From Octopus sinensis (Eukaryota), in contig NC_042997.1 in the NCBI RefSeq assembly GCF_006345805.1, forward strand, positions 39,804,001 to 39,868,000: DNA of 64,000 nt. Direction: 5' to 3'. Position 1 is the stretch's first letter. Each line of letters starts with the position of its first letter. The notes under the pieces were generated by a model. It was not told the DNA's origin, ran no database searches, and saw only the letters and a program-made list of their open reading frames with translations. A program made the position numbers and the translations under genes. Below, piece after piece: positions 24,756-37,974 of the stretch.

Positions 24756-25184
24756 GAACTGTTAGCACGCTGGGCGAAATGCGTAATTAATATCATATGT
24801 CCTTTTCAAGGAGAATGATATAATATATTATTTTATAATAATACAATATAATATATCATATTATAATAATATAAGATAATATGACTTGTCCATGGCCAAA
24901 ACACTTGTCTATCAATAATTAACACTATAAGCAAGGTACTACAAGGCTATTGTTGTGTTTGAGTTTTCCTGAGGACTTAGTCCTTGACAGAAGTGGCAGA
25001 AACATTAACACGCCGGGTGAAATGCATAGCTGTATTTCGTCTGCCATTACGTTCTGAGTTCAAATTCCGCCGAGGTCGACTTTGCCTTTCATCCTTTCGG
25101 GGTCAATAAATTAAGTACTTAATCCCTTTGTCTGTCCTTGTTTGTCCCCTCTATGTTTAGCCCCTTGTGGGTAGTAAAGAAACA
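24756..25184 (+). mobile_element. Composite SINE C insertion containing a captured local segment
   Basis: TSD aatagttgtaca (24744-24755, 25185-25196) encloses a SINE head fragment, a copy of 20139-20357 and a near-complete SINE C. Confidence 0.85.
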
Positions 25185-25249
25185 AATAGTTGTACATCTA
25201 ACTATAGACACAAGAGATAAGAAATATATTTCAAACTAAACCTGTTCTG

Positions 25250-25710
25250 TTTATTAAAAATATATTTATTTATCATTGATATGCGACAATGTTTTTTAGG
25301 CAGAATAAATGGGATGTAATGTAGTGTTGTGTCTTTGCTGACATTATGATGCGTTAAGGTGAGGAACTGACAGGATAAAATAATAATGAAATTATTGTAT
25401 ACATTGCTCAGCTGCACCACAACTTGTCAAAAGTGCGTATAAAGCATATGCATTAATGTACAAATGTCTGGGAAGTGAACAGTGTATGAGTCAGATACAT
25501 GCTTACGTGTGTATGGAGGGGAGAAAATCAAGTGTAGTGTTGGCGAATCTCAGGAAGCATGGAAGTTTTGAAGGATGCAGTGCTCCGACAACTAACAACT
25601 GATGCCAGCAGTTTGTTCCATGCTTCAGCAACTCTTAGCGTGAAAAAATGTTTCCGAAAGTCATGGGAGCTGTGCTGTAAACATATCCACGGGTGTTAGA
25701 CGGGTGGAGT
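25250..25710 (-). mobile_element. CR1 LINE 3' fragment
   Basis: Minus-strand HDFRKHFFTLRVAEAWNKLLASVVSCRSTASFK matches the CR1 ORF2 end motif R..FF..RV...WN.LP..VV...S...FK. Confidence 0.85.
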
Positions 25711-25714
25711 TTGA

Positions 25715-25900
25715 ATAGTTAGCATGTCGGGTAAAATGCTTAGTGTGTCTTTATGTCCTGAGTTCAAATTCTACCAAGGTTGATTTTACCTTTCATCCTT
25801 TTGGGTCGATGAAATAAATAACAATAGAGTACTGTGGTGGATGTAATCAACTTACTCCTTCCCTGTAATTGCTGACCTTGAGCCAAAATTTGAAAGCAAT
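25715..25900 (+). mobile_element. SINE family C (diverged)
   Basis: B box and Meta-like domain. Confidence 0.7.
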
Positions 25901-26909
25901 ATTGTCATGCCTTTGCTAAGAGCATTAACAGCCTAACTGATCCGATATCACGTCTACGTAAAATCAAAAATAACTCATTGAACTGTGTTGACCAGGAGCT
26001 TTCAATTCAATATTTAAATATTTTTCTATGGTATTTAGGATGGCTACATACTTTAAAGCAGGAGTAAAAGCCAGTATTTTTTTTTTTTTTTGGTAAAATG
26101 TCACTTATATGCAGCCATTTAGTATGTTTTGAAGTAATTATTTCTGATATTTAGAGATACATTCTTTCAGAAAAGTCATATTTTGCATCAGAAACAAGTG
26201 TTAATGTTGGATACATTTTATTATTATCTCTGGTTGAGTAGATTTATGACTGAGAAATACTTGATTCATGGTTAAGTTTATCATGTTATATATAGAGGTT
26301 TATTTATTAGCTATTTGTCCATTTTTTCCTGATGTGTATTGATTCTGAGCTAATAAACCACAATTTATGTCAATAAAATTCCTGTTATATATATTGGTAT
26401 TTATATATATTGTTCTTTATCTATGTCTATTTGGTATAATAACCTATTTTTATTAATTTTTTTGTTTTTCATGTTATTACTTCTTTTATTCATTTGCCAC
26501 CTTGCCATTATTGTTCCTAATTATACTGGCATCTATATTGCTTCTGCCTGCCATTGTTTTTGACATTAGGCTTCCCCTGAGGACTATCAATATTAAAATA
26601 ACTGGGTTGATAGCTAAAGTTTTTATTTTTTATTTGAACTGTTTTCGTCTACAGATTATTTCTATGTTATTTATGATCGACGTAAATTATAAAAGTTCTA
26701 CTAACCTAATGTTAGACATAGCGCTTTGTGTTGTACTGTGCTTGTCCAAATACAGTCTCATACAACCCATTACATTAAAAAAGTTTTTTCAACTAAATGA
26801 CTAAGAAAAATGTAGAACTGTTATAGTACAAATGCTATGGACTGATATCTATATCATGGACAAAATGGAAGGGGGGAAGCATGTAGCAAGATGTATGTTT
26901 ATTAATTAA

Positions 26910-27410
26910 CTAGCAGTATCGCCCGGCGTTGCTCGGGTTTGTAAGGGAAATAACTATATAAGCATTTTTAGAGAGTTATAGCCAAAAAATAGCAAAAAAA
27001 ATGCATTAAGAATGGAAAAAAAAATTATGGTAAATTTTTTTTTAAATCGTTGACTCATCGTAGACATTTTTAGAGAGTTACTTCCCTTATATAATAGCGA
27101 AAAAATGCATTAAAATGGAAAAAAATTATGGTAAATTTTTTTTTAAATCGTTGACTCATCGTAGACATTTTAGAGAGTTACTTCCCTTATATAATAGCGA
27201 AAAAAATGCATTAAAATGGAAAAAAATGATGGTAAATTATTTTTAAAATCGTAGACTCATTGTAGACGCACGCTAATACCCAGAAGGGCTTGATATGAAT
27301 CACGACTATAAGATACCCACTTTTGGTTAAACTGCACCGCAAAATGTGGGAGTAGTTAGGAATCTAAATCGTAGGAGACAGACACACAACTTGACTTTTA
27401 TATATAAAGA
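26910..27410 (-). mobile_element. Non-autonomous Helitron-like element with an internal ~110-bp tandem triplication
   Basis: On the minus strand: A|TCTTTATATATAAAAG start, hairpin CCCGAGCAACGCCGGG and CTAG|T end. Homologous to 28196 and 57439. Confidence 0.8.
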
Positions 27411-28195
27411 TGTTATGTTATACTGATTACATATTTCACAAAATTACCCTGTTGTGGAGCATCTACGAGTAGCTGAAGTATTAGAACACGAGCTTTTTGG
27501 GAGAAGGATTAAAGTTTATTTAAAGCCTTTAGGACTCCTTCAACTCATTAAATAGATACCTTCAATGTCCAAATCATCATCATCATCATCATCATCCTTG
27601 TCATCATTGTCCTCATCGTCGTCGTCGTCATATTCATCATCATCATCATTGTCATCATTGTTTAACATCCACTATTCCATGCATGCATGGGTCAAACAGA
27701 ATTTGTTGAGGCAGACTTTCCATGGCTGGATGGCCTTCCTGTCACTAACTCTCACCTGTTTTCAAGAAGACGTAATATTTCTGCCAGTTTTGGAAGAATG
27801 GAAATGAAGGACACTGCTTGCATGACAGTGGCACTTGCTTATAACTGTCATACAATGCCAGAGCAAGGAGACACACACAAGCGCACATGCACAGAGAGAG
27901 AGAGAGAGTGTCTACTTTCAGTTTCCATCTACCAAATCCACTCACAAGTCTTTCACTGGCCTAGGGCTATAGTATAAGACACTTGCCCAAAGTGCCACAC
28001 AGTGGGATTGAACCTGGAACTACTTAGCTATAAATGGTAAAAAGTGCAATTCACTGTTTTAAGAAATGAGGACAATACAGTAATCCCTTGCCATATCGCA
28101 GTTCACCTATTGTAGTTCACCTGGTTATCCTATCGTGGTTCACCTGTCGTGGTTTATTATTTAAGCTTACGTCAATTCCTCTGTGGTGTTTTCAA

Positions 28196-28582
28196 TCTTT
28201 ATATATAAAAGTGAAGTTGTGTGTCTGTCTCCTATGATTTAGATTCCTAACTACTCCCACATTTTGCAGTGCAGTGTAACCAAAAGCAGGTATCTTATAG
28301 TCGTGATTTATATCGAGCCCTTCTGGGTATTAGCGCGCATCTACAATGATTTAAAAAAAAATTTACCCTCATTTTTCCCCATTTTTAATGCATTTTTTGC
28401 TATTATATAAGGGAAGTAACTCTCTAAAAATGTATTATTAAATCTCAGAACGTAAAAAGCTACAGTAACAACCGCCCTTTGTGGTTAGCCATATCGAGAT
28501 GGCTATTATACTTTACATCTCTAAAAATGCTTATATAGTTATTTCCCTTACAAACCCGAGCAACACTGGGCGATACTGATAG
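28196..28582 (+). mobile_element. Non-autonomous Helitron-like element
   Basis: Same family, with the 3' end mutated to ATAG. Inserted in a Tigger-like MITE remnant (~28076-28975). Confidence 0.8.
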
Positions 28583-28613
28583 TTTATAATAAAATAAATA
28601 CATACAACACTCG

Positions 28614-28777
28614 CCGGTAATATTTCCATTTTTTTCTTATTTTTATTTTCCTAAAATTTTCGTTGTGTCTTGCAACCTTTTCAATAGTTTTGACTATTGA
28701 AAACTATTGAAAAGATTGCAAGACACAACGAAAATTTTAGGAAAATAAAAATAAGAAAAAAATGGAAATTTTACCGG
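28614..28777. repeat. Near-perfect fold-back palindrome (probable Penelope-type inverted pLTR remnant)
   Basis: Arms of ~77 bp (ccggtaa...tcaatagtttt / aaaactattga...ttaccgg) containing a hammerhead-like TTGAAAA...CAAC-GAAA motif. Confidence 0.8.
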
Positions 28778-28974
28778 TGACTGTGTTTGTTATATTATAA
28801 GGCACAAAAAAAAAATGACTCTCCCCAGACACAACAGAACATGCTTCAACACACAAACTCATGTAAAGAATCTTGCAAACCAAATCCAAAAACGAAATAA
28901 AATATATATAAATTATAAAAATAATACAAAAAATATACAGTAGAGTCCTGTTTCTACTTTGCGGATTTTCACCT

Positions 28975-29755
28975 ATGCCAGCTTCGTCTGGTCCCCGTGC
29001 CGGTAGCACGTAAAAAGCACCATCCGATCGTGGCCGTCTGCCAGCCTCATCTGGCACCTGTGCTGGTGGCACGTAAAAAGCACCCACTACACTCACGGAG
29101 TAGTTGGCGTTAGGAAGGGCATCCAGTTGTAGAAACACTGCCAGATTAGACTGGGCCTGGTGCAGCCTTCTGGCTTCCCAGACCCCAGTTGAACCGTCCA
29201 ACCCATGCCAGCATGGAAAACGGATGTGGCGAGAATGGATGAAGATAGTTGTGTGAAAAAGTGCCACACCCTAGTGGCTGAGGGAACCTGTGGAAGAGGT
29301 AGGCCCAGAAAAACCTGGGACAAGGTGGTGAAGCACGACCTTCAAACTTTAGGAGGAAATGGCTAGAGACCGAGACCTTTGGAAGTATGCTGTGCATGAG
29401 AAGACCCGGCAGGACAAGTGAGACCATAACCCGTGGCCTCTACCTGGGATGTAGCCAGTCCACTTATGCATACCTTTCCTTCTTGGGACACAAAACTCTA
29501 CTTGTGAAGACCTGTTGAGGCAAGTGAAAATCAAAATCAAAATTGATCAACATCAATGAAAATTGTAGCTGTGATACCAGTGCCGGTGGCATGTAAGAGA
29601 ACCATCCGAACGTGGCCGTTGCCAGCCTTGCCTGGCCTCCGTGCTGGTGGCACGTATAAAGCACCCACTACACTCACGGATTGGTTGGCATTAGGAAGGG
29701 CATCCAGCCGTAGAAACACTGCCAGATCAGACTGGGCCTGGTGCAGCCTTCATGG
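28975..29755 (+). mobile_element. Two fused RTE LINE 3' fragments
   Basis: A UTR fragment (to ~29226) is joined to the ORF2 C-terminus VARMDEDSCVKKCHTLVAEGTCGRGRPRKTWD plus UTR, homologous to 50055-50760. Confidence 0.85.
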
Positions 29756-30120
29756 TTCCGGGTTCAGTCCCACTGCGTGGCACCTTGGGCAAGTGTCTTC
29801 TGCTATAGCCTCGGGTCGACCAATGCCTTGTGAGTGGATTTGGTAGACGGAAACTGAAAGAAGCCTTTCGTATATATGTATATATATATAAGTGTGTGTG
29901 TATATGTTTGTATGTCTGTGTTTGTCCCCCTAGCATTGCTTGACAACCGATGCTGGTGGGTTTATGTCCCCGTTACTTAGCGGTTTGGCAAAAGAGACCG
30001 ATAGAATAAGTACTGGGCTTACAAAGAATAAGTCCTGGGGTCGATTTGCTCGATTAAAGGCGGTACTCCAGCATGGCCGCAGTCAAGTGACTGAAACAAG
30101 TAAAAGAGTAAAAGAGAAAA
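29751..30120 (+). mobile_element. SINE family B (lacks A box, fused to RTE UTR)
   Basis: Starts at catggttccggg. Confidence 0.85.
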
Positions 30121-30148
30121 GAGAGAGAGCATAGAGAGTGTTTTTTGT

Positions 30149-33100
30149 ATGTGACACCATCACCTGTACTTTTTATGTGACACCATTACCTGTACTTTTT
30201 ATGTGACACCATTACCTGTACTTTTTATGTGACACCATTACCAGTGCTTTTTATGTGACACCATTACCAGTGCTTTTTATGTGACACCATTACCAGTGCT
30301 TTTTATGTGACACCATTACCAGTACTTTTTATGTGACACCATTACCTGTACTTTTTATGTGACACCATTACCTGTACTTTTTATGTGACACCATTACCTG
30401 TACTTTTTATGTGACACCATTACCTGTACTTTTTATTGTGGACACCATTACCTGTACTTTTTATGTGACACCATTACCAGTGCTTTTTATGTGACACCAT
30501 TACCTGTACTTTTATGTGACACCATTACCAGTGCTTTTTATGTGACACCATTACCTGTACTTTTTATGTGACACCATTACCAGTACTTTTTATGTGACAC
30601 CATTACCTGTACCTTTTTATGTGACACCATTACCAGTGCTTTTTATGTGACAACCATTACCAGTGCTTTTTATGTGACACCATTACCTGTACTTTTTATG
30701 TGACACCATTACCTGTACTTTTTATGTGACACCATACCTGTACTTTTATGTGACACCATTACCTGTGCTTTTTATGTGACACCATTACCAGTGCTTTTTA
30801 TGTGACACCATTACCAGTGCTTTTTATGTGACACCATTACCAGTGCTTTTTATGTGACACCATTACCAGTGCTTTTTATGTGACACCATTACCAGTGCTT
30901 TTTATGTGACACCATTACCAGTACTTTTTATGTGACACCATTACCTGTACTTTTTATGTGACACCATTACCTGTACTTTTTATGTGACACCATTACCTGT
31001 ACTTTTTATGTGACACCATTACCAGTGCTTTTTATGTGACACCATTACCAGTGCTTTTTATGTGACACCATTACCTGTACTTTTTATGTGACACCATTAC
31101 CAGTACTTTTTATGTGACACCATTACCTGTACTTTTTATGTGACACCATTACCAGTGCTTTTTATGTGACACCATTACCAGTGCTTTTTATGTGACACCA
31201 TTACCTGTACTTTTTATGTGACACCATTACCTGTACTTTTTATGTGACACCATTACCAGTGCTTTTTATGTGACACCATTACCAGTGCTTTTTATGTGAC
31301 ACCATTACCTGTACTTTTTATGTGACACCATTACCTGTACTTTTTATGTGACACCATTACCAGTGCTTTTTATGTGACACCATTACCAGTGCTTTTTATG
31401 TGACACCATTACCAGTGCTTTTTATGTGACACCATTACCAGTGCTTTTTATGTGACACCATTACCAGTACTTTTTATGTGACACCATTACCAGTGCTTTT
31501 TATGTGACACCATTACCAGTGCTTTTTATGTGACACCATTACCAGTGCTTTTTATGTGACACCATTACCAGTGCTTTTTATGTGACACCATTACCTGTAC
31601 TTTTTATGTGACACCATTACCTGTACTTTTTATGTGACACCATTACCTGTACTTTTTATGTGACACCATTACCTGTACTTTTTATGTGACACCATTACCA
31701 GTGCTTTTTATGTGACACCATTACCTGTACTTTTTATGTGACACCATTACCAGTGCTTTTTATGTGACACCATTACCTGTACTTTTTATGTGACACCATT
31801 ACCTGTACTTTTATGTGACACCATTACCTGTACTTTTTATGTGACACCATTACCTGTACTTTTTATGTGACACCATTACCAGTGCTTTTATGTGACACCA
31901 TTACCTGTACTTTTTATGTGACACCATTACCTGTACTTTTTATGTGACACCATTACTGTACTTTTTATGTGACACCATTACCAGTGCTTTTTATGTGACA
32001 CCATTACCTGTACTTTTTATGTGACACCATTACCTGTACTTTTTATGTGACACCATTACCTGTACTTTTTATGGACACCATTACCTGTACTTTTTATGTG
32101 ACACCATTACCTGTACTTTTTATGTGACACCATTACCAGTGCTTTTAATGTGACACCATTACCTGTACTTTTTATGTGACACCATTACCTGTACTTTTTA
32201 TGTGACACCATTACCAGTGCTTTTTATGTGACCCATTACCTGTACTTTTTATGTGACACCATTACCTGTACTTTTTATTGACACACATTACCTGTACTTT
32301 TTATGTGACACCATTACCAGTGCTTTTTATGACACCATTACCTGTACTTTTTATGTGACACCATTACTGTACTTTTTATGTGACACCATTACCTGTACTT
32401 TTTATGTGACACCATTACCTGTACTTTTTATGTGACACCATTACCAGTGCTTTTTATGTGACACCATTACCTGTACTTTTTATGTGACACCATTACCAGT
32501 GCTTTTTATGTGACACCATTACCTGTACTTTTTATGTGACACCATTACCAGTGCTTTTTATGTGACACCATTACCTGTACTTTTTATGTGACACCATTAC
32601 CTGTACTTTTTATGTGACACCATTACCTGTACTTTTTATGTGACACCATTACCTGTACTTTTTATGTGACACCATTACCTGTACTTTTTATGTGACACCA
32701 TTACCTGTACTTTTTATGTGACACCATTACCTGTACTTTTTATGTGACACCATTACCAGTGCTTTTTATGTGACACCATTACCTGTACTTTTTATGTGAC
32801 ACCATTACCTGTACTTTTTATGTGACACCATTACCAGTGCTTTTTATGTGACACCATTACCTGTACTTTTTATGTGACACCATTACCTGTACTTTTTATG
32901 TGACACCATTACCTGTACTTTTTATGTGACACCATTACCAGTGCTTTTTATGTGACACCATTACCTGTACTTTTTATGTGACACCATTACCTGTACTTTT
33001 TATGTGACACCATTACCTGTACTTTTTATGTGACACCATTACCTGTACTTTTTATGTGACACCATTACCAGTGCTTTTTATGTGACACCATTACCTGTAC

Positions 33101-35910
33101 TTTTTATGTGACACCATTACCAGTGCTTTTTATGTGACACCATTACCTGTACTTTTTATGTGACACCATTACCAGTGCTTTTTATGTGACACCATTACCT
33201 GTACTTTTTATGTGACACCATTACCTGTACTTTTTATGTGACACCATTACCTGTACTTTTTATGTGACACCATTACCAGTGCTTTTTATGTGACACCATT
33301 ACCTGTACTTTTTATGTGACACCATTACCAGTGCTTTTTATGTGACACCATTACCTGTACTTTTTATGTGACACCATTACCAGTGCTTTTTATGTGACAC
33401 CATTACCTGTACTTTTTATGTGACACCATTACCAGTGCTTTTTATGTGACACCATTACCTGTACTTTTTATGTGACACCATTACCTGTACTTTTTATGTG
33501 ACCCATTACCTGTACTTTTTATGTGAACACCATTACCAGTGCTTTTTATGTGACACCATTACCTGTACTTTTATGTGACACCATTACCAGTGCTTTTTAT
33601 GTGACACCATTACCTGTACTTTTTATGTGACACCATTACCAGTGCTTTTTATGACACCCATTACCTGTACTTTTTATGTGACACCATTACCTGTACTTTT
33701 TATGTGACACCATTACCTGTACTTTTTATTGACACCATTACCAGTGCTTTTTATGTGACACCATTACCTGTACTTTTTATGTGACACCATTACCAGTGCT
33801 TTTTATGTGACACCATTACCTGTACTTTTTATGTGACACCATTACCAGTGCTTTTATGTGACACCATTACCTGTACTTTTTATGTGACACCATTACCAGT
33901 GCTTTTTATGTGACACCATTACCTGTACTTTTTATGTGACACCATTACCTGTACTTTTTATGTGACACCATTATTACCTGTACTTTTATGTGACACCATT
34001 ACCAGTGCTTTTTATGTGACACCATTACCTGTACTTTTTATGTGACACCATTACCAGTGCTTTTATGTGACACCATTACCTGTACTTTTTATGTGACACC
34101 ATTACCTGTACTTTTTATGTGACACCATTACCTGTACTTTTTATGTGACACCATTACCTGTACTTTTTATGTGACACCATTACCAGTGCTTTTTATGTGA
34201 CACCATTACCTGTACTTTTTATGTGACACCATTACCAGTGCTTTTTATGTGACACCATTACCAGTGCTTTTTATGTGACACCATTACCTGTACTTTTTAT
34301 GTGACACCATTACCTGTACTTTTTATGTGACACCATACCTGTACTTTTTATGTGACACCATTACCTGTATTTTTATGTGACACCATTACCTGTACTTTTT
34401 ATGTGACACCATTACCTGTACTTTTTATGTGACACCATTACCTTACCTACTTTTTATGTGACACCATTACCTGTACTTTTTATGTGACACCATTACCAGT
34501 GCTTTTATGTGACACCATTACCTGTACTTTTTATGTGACACCATTACCTGTACTTTTTATGTGACACCATTACCTGTACTTTTTATGTGACACCATTACC
34601 TGTACTTTTTATGTGACACCATTACCTGTACTTTTTATGTGACACCATTACCTGTACTTTTTATGTGACACCATTACCTGTACTTTTTATGTGACACCAT
34701 TACCTGTACTTTTTATGTGACACCATTACCAGTGCTTTTTATGTGACACCATTACCTGTACTTTTTATGTGACACCATTACCTGTACTTTTTATGTGACA
34801 CCCATTACCTGTACTTTTTATGTGACACCATTACCAGTGCTTTTTATGTGACACCATTACCTGTACTTTTATGTGACACCATTACCTGTACTTTTATGTG
34901 ACACCATTACCTGTACTTTTTATGTGACAGCATTACCTGTACTTTTTATGTGACACCACCATTACCTGTACTTTTTATGTGACACCATTACCTGTACTTT
35001 TTATGTGACACCATTACCTGTACTTTTTATGTGACACCATTACCAGTGCTTTTATGTGACACCATTACCTGTACTTTTTATGTGACACCATTACCTGTAC
35101 TTTTTATGTGACACCATTACCTGTACTTTTTATGTGACACCATTACCTGTACTTTTTATGTGACACCATTACCTGTACTTTTATATGTGACACCATTACC
35201 TGTACTTTTTATGTGACACCATTACCTGTACTTTTTTGTGACACCATTACCTGTACTTTTTATGTGACCCATTACCTGTACTTTTTATGTGACACCATTA
35301 CCTGTACTTTTTATGTGACACCATTACCAGTGCTTTTTATGTGACACCATTACCAGTGCTTTTTATGTGACACCATTACCAGTGCTTTTTATGTGACACC
35401 ATTACCAGTGCTTTTTATGTGGAACCATTACCAGTACTTTTTATGTGACACCATTACCTGTACTTTTTATGTGACAGCATTACCTGTACTTTTTATGTGA
35501 CACCATTACCTGTACTTTTTATGTGACACCATTACCTGTACTTTTTATGTGACACCATTACCTGTACTTTTTATGTGACACCATTACCAGTGCTTTTTAT
35601 GTGACACCATTACCTGTACTTTTTATGTGACACCATTACCTGTACTTTTTATGTGACACCATTACCTGTACTTTTTATGTGACACCATTACCTGTACTTT
35701 TTATGTGACACCATTACCTGTACTTTTTATGTGACACCATTACCTGTACTTTTTATGTGACACCATTACCTGTACTTTTTATGTGACACCATTACCTGTA
35801 CTTTTTATGTGACACCATTACCTGTACTTTTTATGTGACACCATTACCTGTACTTTTTATGTGACACCATTACCTGTACTTTTTATGTGACACCATTACC
35901 AGTGCTTTTT
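30149..35910. repeat. 26-bp satellite, ~220 units, two main variants
   Basis: Units ATGTGACACCATTACCTGTACTTTTT and ATGTGACACCATTACCAGTGCTTTTT, contiguous with no spacers. Confidence 0.97.
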
Positions 35911-36227
35911 GGGTTTTAGGGGATGAAATGAGAGTAAGGAGAAAAAGTTGTTGGGGCAGAGCCCTTCAAGCTTCTTTCACTTTATATTTACCAAATCCAC
36001 TGATAAGGGTTTGGGTCAACGTGGGCTATAATAGAAGTCACTTGTCCAAAATACCATGCAGTGGAACCCCAAATCATGTGGCTGAGATGTGAACTTTCTT
36101 AACCATACAACCATGCCTACATCTCAACAATGATTTGCCAATAAATTTTACTTTAATATATTTGTTATTTTAATTATAACATATTTTTACATACAGTAAT
36201 GCTTTAAGAAAATAAATGTATAAATTA

Positions 36228-36645
36228 GGCGCAGGAGTGGCTGTGTGGTAAGTAGCTTGCTAACCAACCACATGGTTCCGGGTTCAGTCCCACTGCGTGG
36301 CACCTTGGGCAAGTGTCTCCTGCTATAGCCCCGGGCCAACCAATGCCTTGTGAGTGGATTTGGTAGACGGAAACTGAAAGAAGCCTGTCGTATATATGTA
36401 TATATATATGTATGTGTGTTTGTTTGTGTGTCTGTGTTTGTCCCCCTAGCATTGCTTGACAACCGATGCTGGTGTGTTTATGTCCCCGTTACTTAGCGGT
36501 TCGGCAAAAGAGACCGATAGAATAAGTACTAGGCTTACAAAAAGAATAAGTCCTGGGGTCGATTTGCTCGATTAAAGGCGATGCTCCAGCATGGCCGCAG
36601 TCAAATGACTGAAACAAGTAAAAGAGTAAAAGAGTAAAGAGTAAA
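36228..36645 (+). mobile_element. SINE family B
   Basis: Full length. Confidence 0.9.
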
Positions 36646-37127
36646 TTGTTTTGATGACCTGAGCAGCAAAACTAGTAACTATTTTACTGTTGTGATAATC
36701 AAATATTTGCATTCCCAGTTATAATCTTCATAAAAAAAAAAGTGCTGAACGAAAAGGAGGGAAATATCAAATATCTTCTGGAAAGATATAAGGTACATAA
36801 AGCTGAAGAATTTCCGAATAAAAAACAAATAAAACAAAATACAAAACTGAAGTAGAATAAATAGCACACCTATATTTAGTGTTGCTGTTCTGTTCTAATC
36901 TTAGTAAGAAGGACTGATTTAGTTTATATTTAGTGTGGTTGCTATCTTTACTAAGTACTTCTTAAGCTCTGCAACTATTTTCAGGTTTCTGTTGTTTAAA
37001 GAAAAGCTAAGATATTAATATGTTTCTGTCTTAAAATATGCAGTAACTGAATAATGCATTAGTTCACCGAATAAAGATGGTTTAGTCTGTATTTATAATT
37101 TTTATTAGTCCACTGACTTCATTTAAA

Positions 37128-37495
37128 TACTCTTTTACTTGTTTCAGTCATTTGACTGCGGCCATGCTGGAGCACCGCCTTTAGTCGAGCAAATCGACCC
37201 CGGGACTTATTCTTTTGTAAGCCCAGTACTTATTCTATCGGTCTCTTTTGCTGAACCGCTAAGTAACGGGGACATAAACACACCAGCATCGGTTGTCAAG
37301 CAATGCTAGGGGGACAAACACAGACACACGAACACACACACACACATATATATACGACGGGCTTCTTTCAGTTTCTGTCTACCAAATCCACTCACAAGGC
37401 TTTGGTCGGCCCGAGGCTATAGTAGAAGACACTTGCCCAAGGTCCCACGCAGTGGGACTGAACCCGCTACTTACCACACAGCCACTCCTGCACCT
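37128..37495 (-). mobile_element. SINE family B
   Basis: Reverse complement with a small deletion in the head. Confidence 0.9.
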
Positions 37496-37724
37496 AAATG
37501 ATAAAAATTCCTATGAAACACTTTTACTTGATGAACAAAGACAGGTTTCAGGTATTGCTGTGTTGTTTAGAAGTCCACATTTCAACTATTTGGCTTTGAG
37601 TTTGATCCCACCATGCAGTACCTTCTTATATCATGGAATCCGGTTGACTAAAGCTTTGGGACTGAAATTTGACTAACAGAAACTGTGAGGTACACACACA
37701 CACATACATAAGGTGTTAACCTTA

Positions 37725-37922
37725 TGGTAAAACCATTAGCTCAAAAAATGCTTAGTGGCATTTCATCTGTCTTTATGTTCTGAGTTCAAATTCCACCAAG
37801 ACTGACTTTACCTTTCATCCTTTTGGGGTTGATAAAATAAGTACCAGTTGAGCACTGGGGTCAATCTAATCGAATTACACCCTCCTCTTAAAATTGCTGG
37901 CCATGTGCCAAAGTTTGAAGCT
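37725..37922 (+). mobile_element. SINE family C (diverged)
   Basis: B box and Meta-like domain. Confidence 0.75.
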
Positions 37923-37974
37923 AATATACATACATACATGTATGTATGCACATATGTATGTATGCGTGTCAGAT

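Noticed and set aside
30149-35910. CRISPR array
   Set aside because: Units are contiguous with no unique spacers, there are no cas genes, and the context is eukaryotic.
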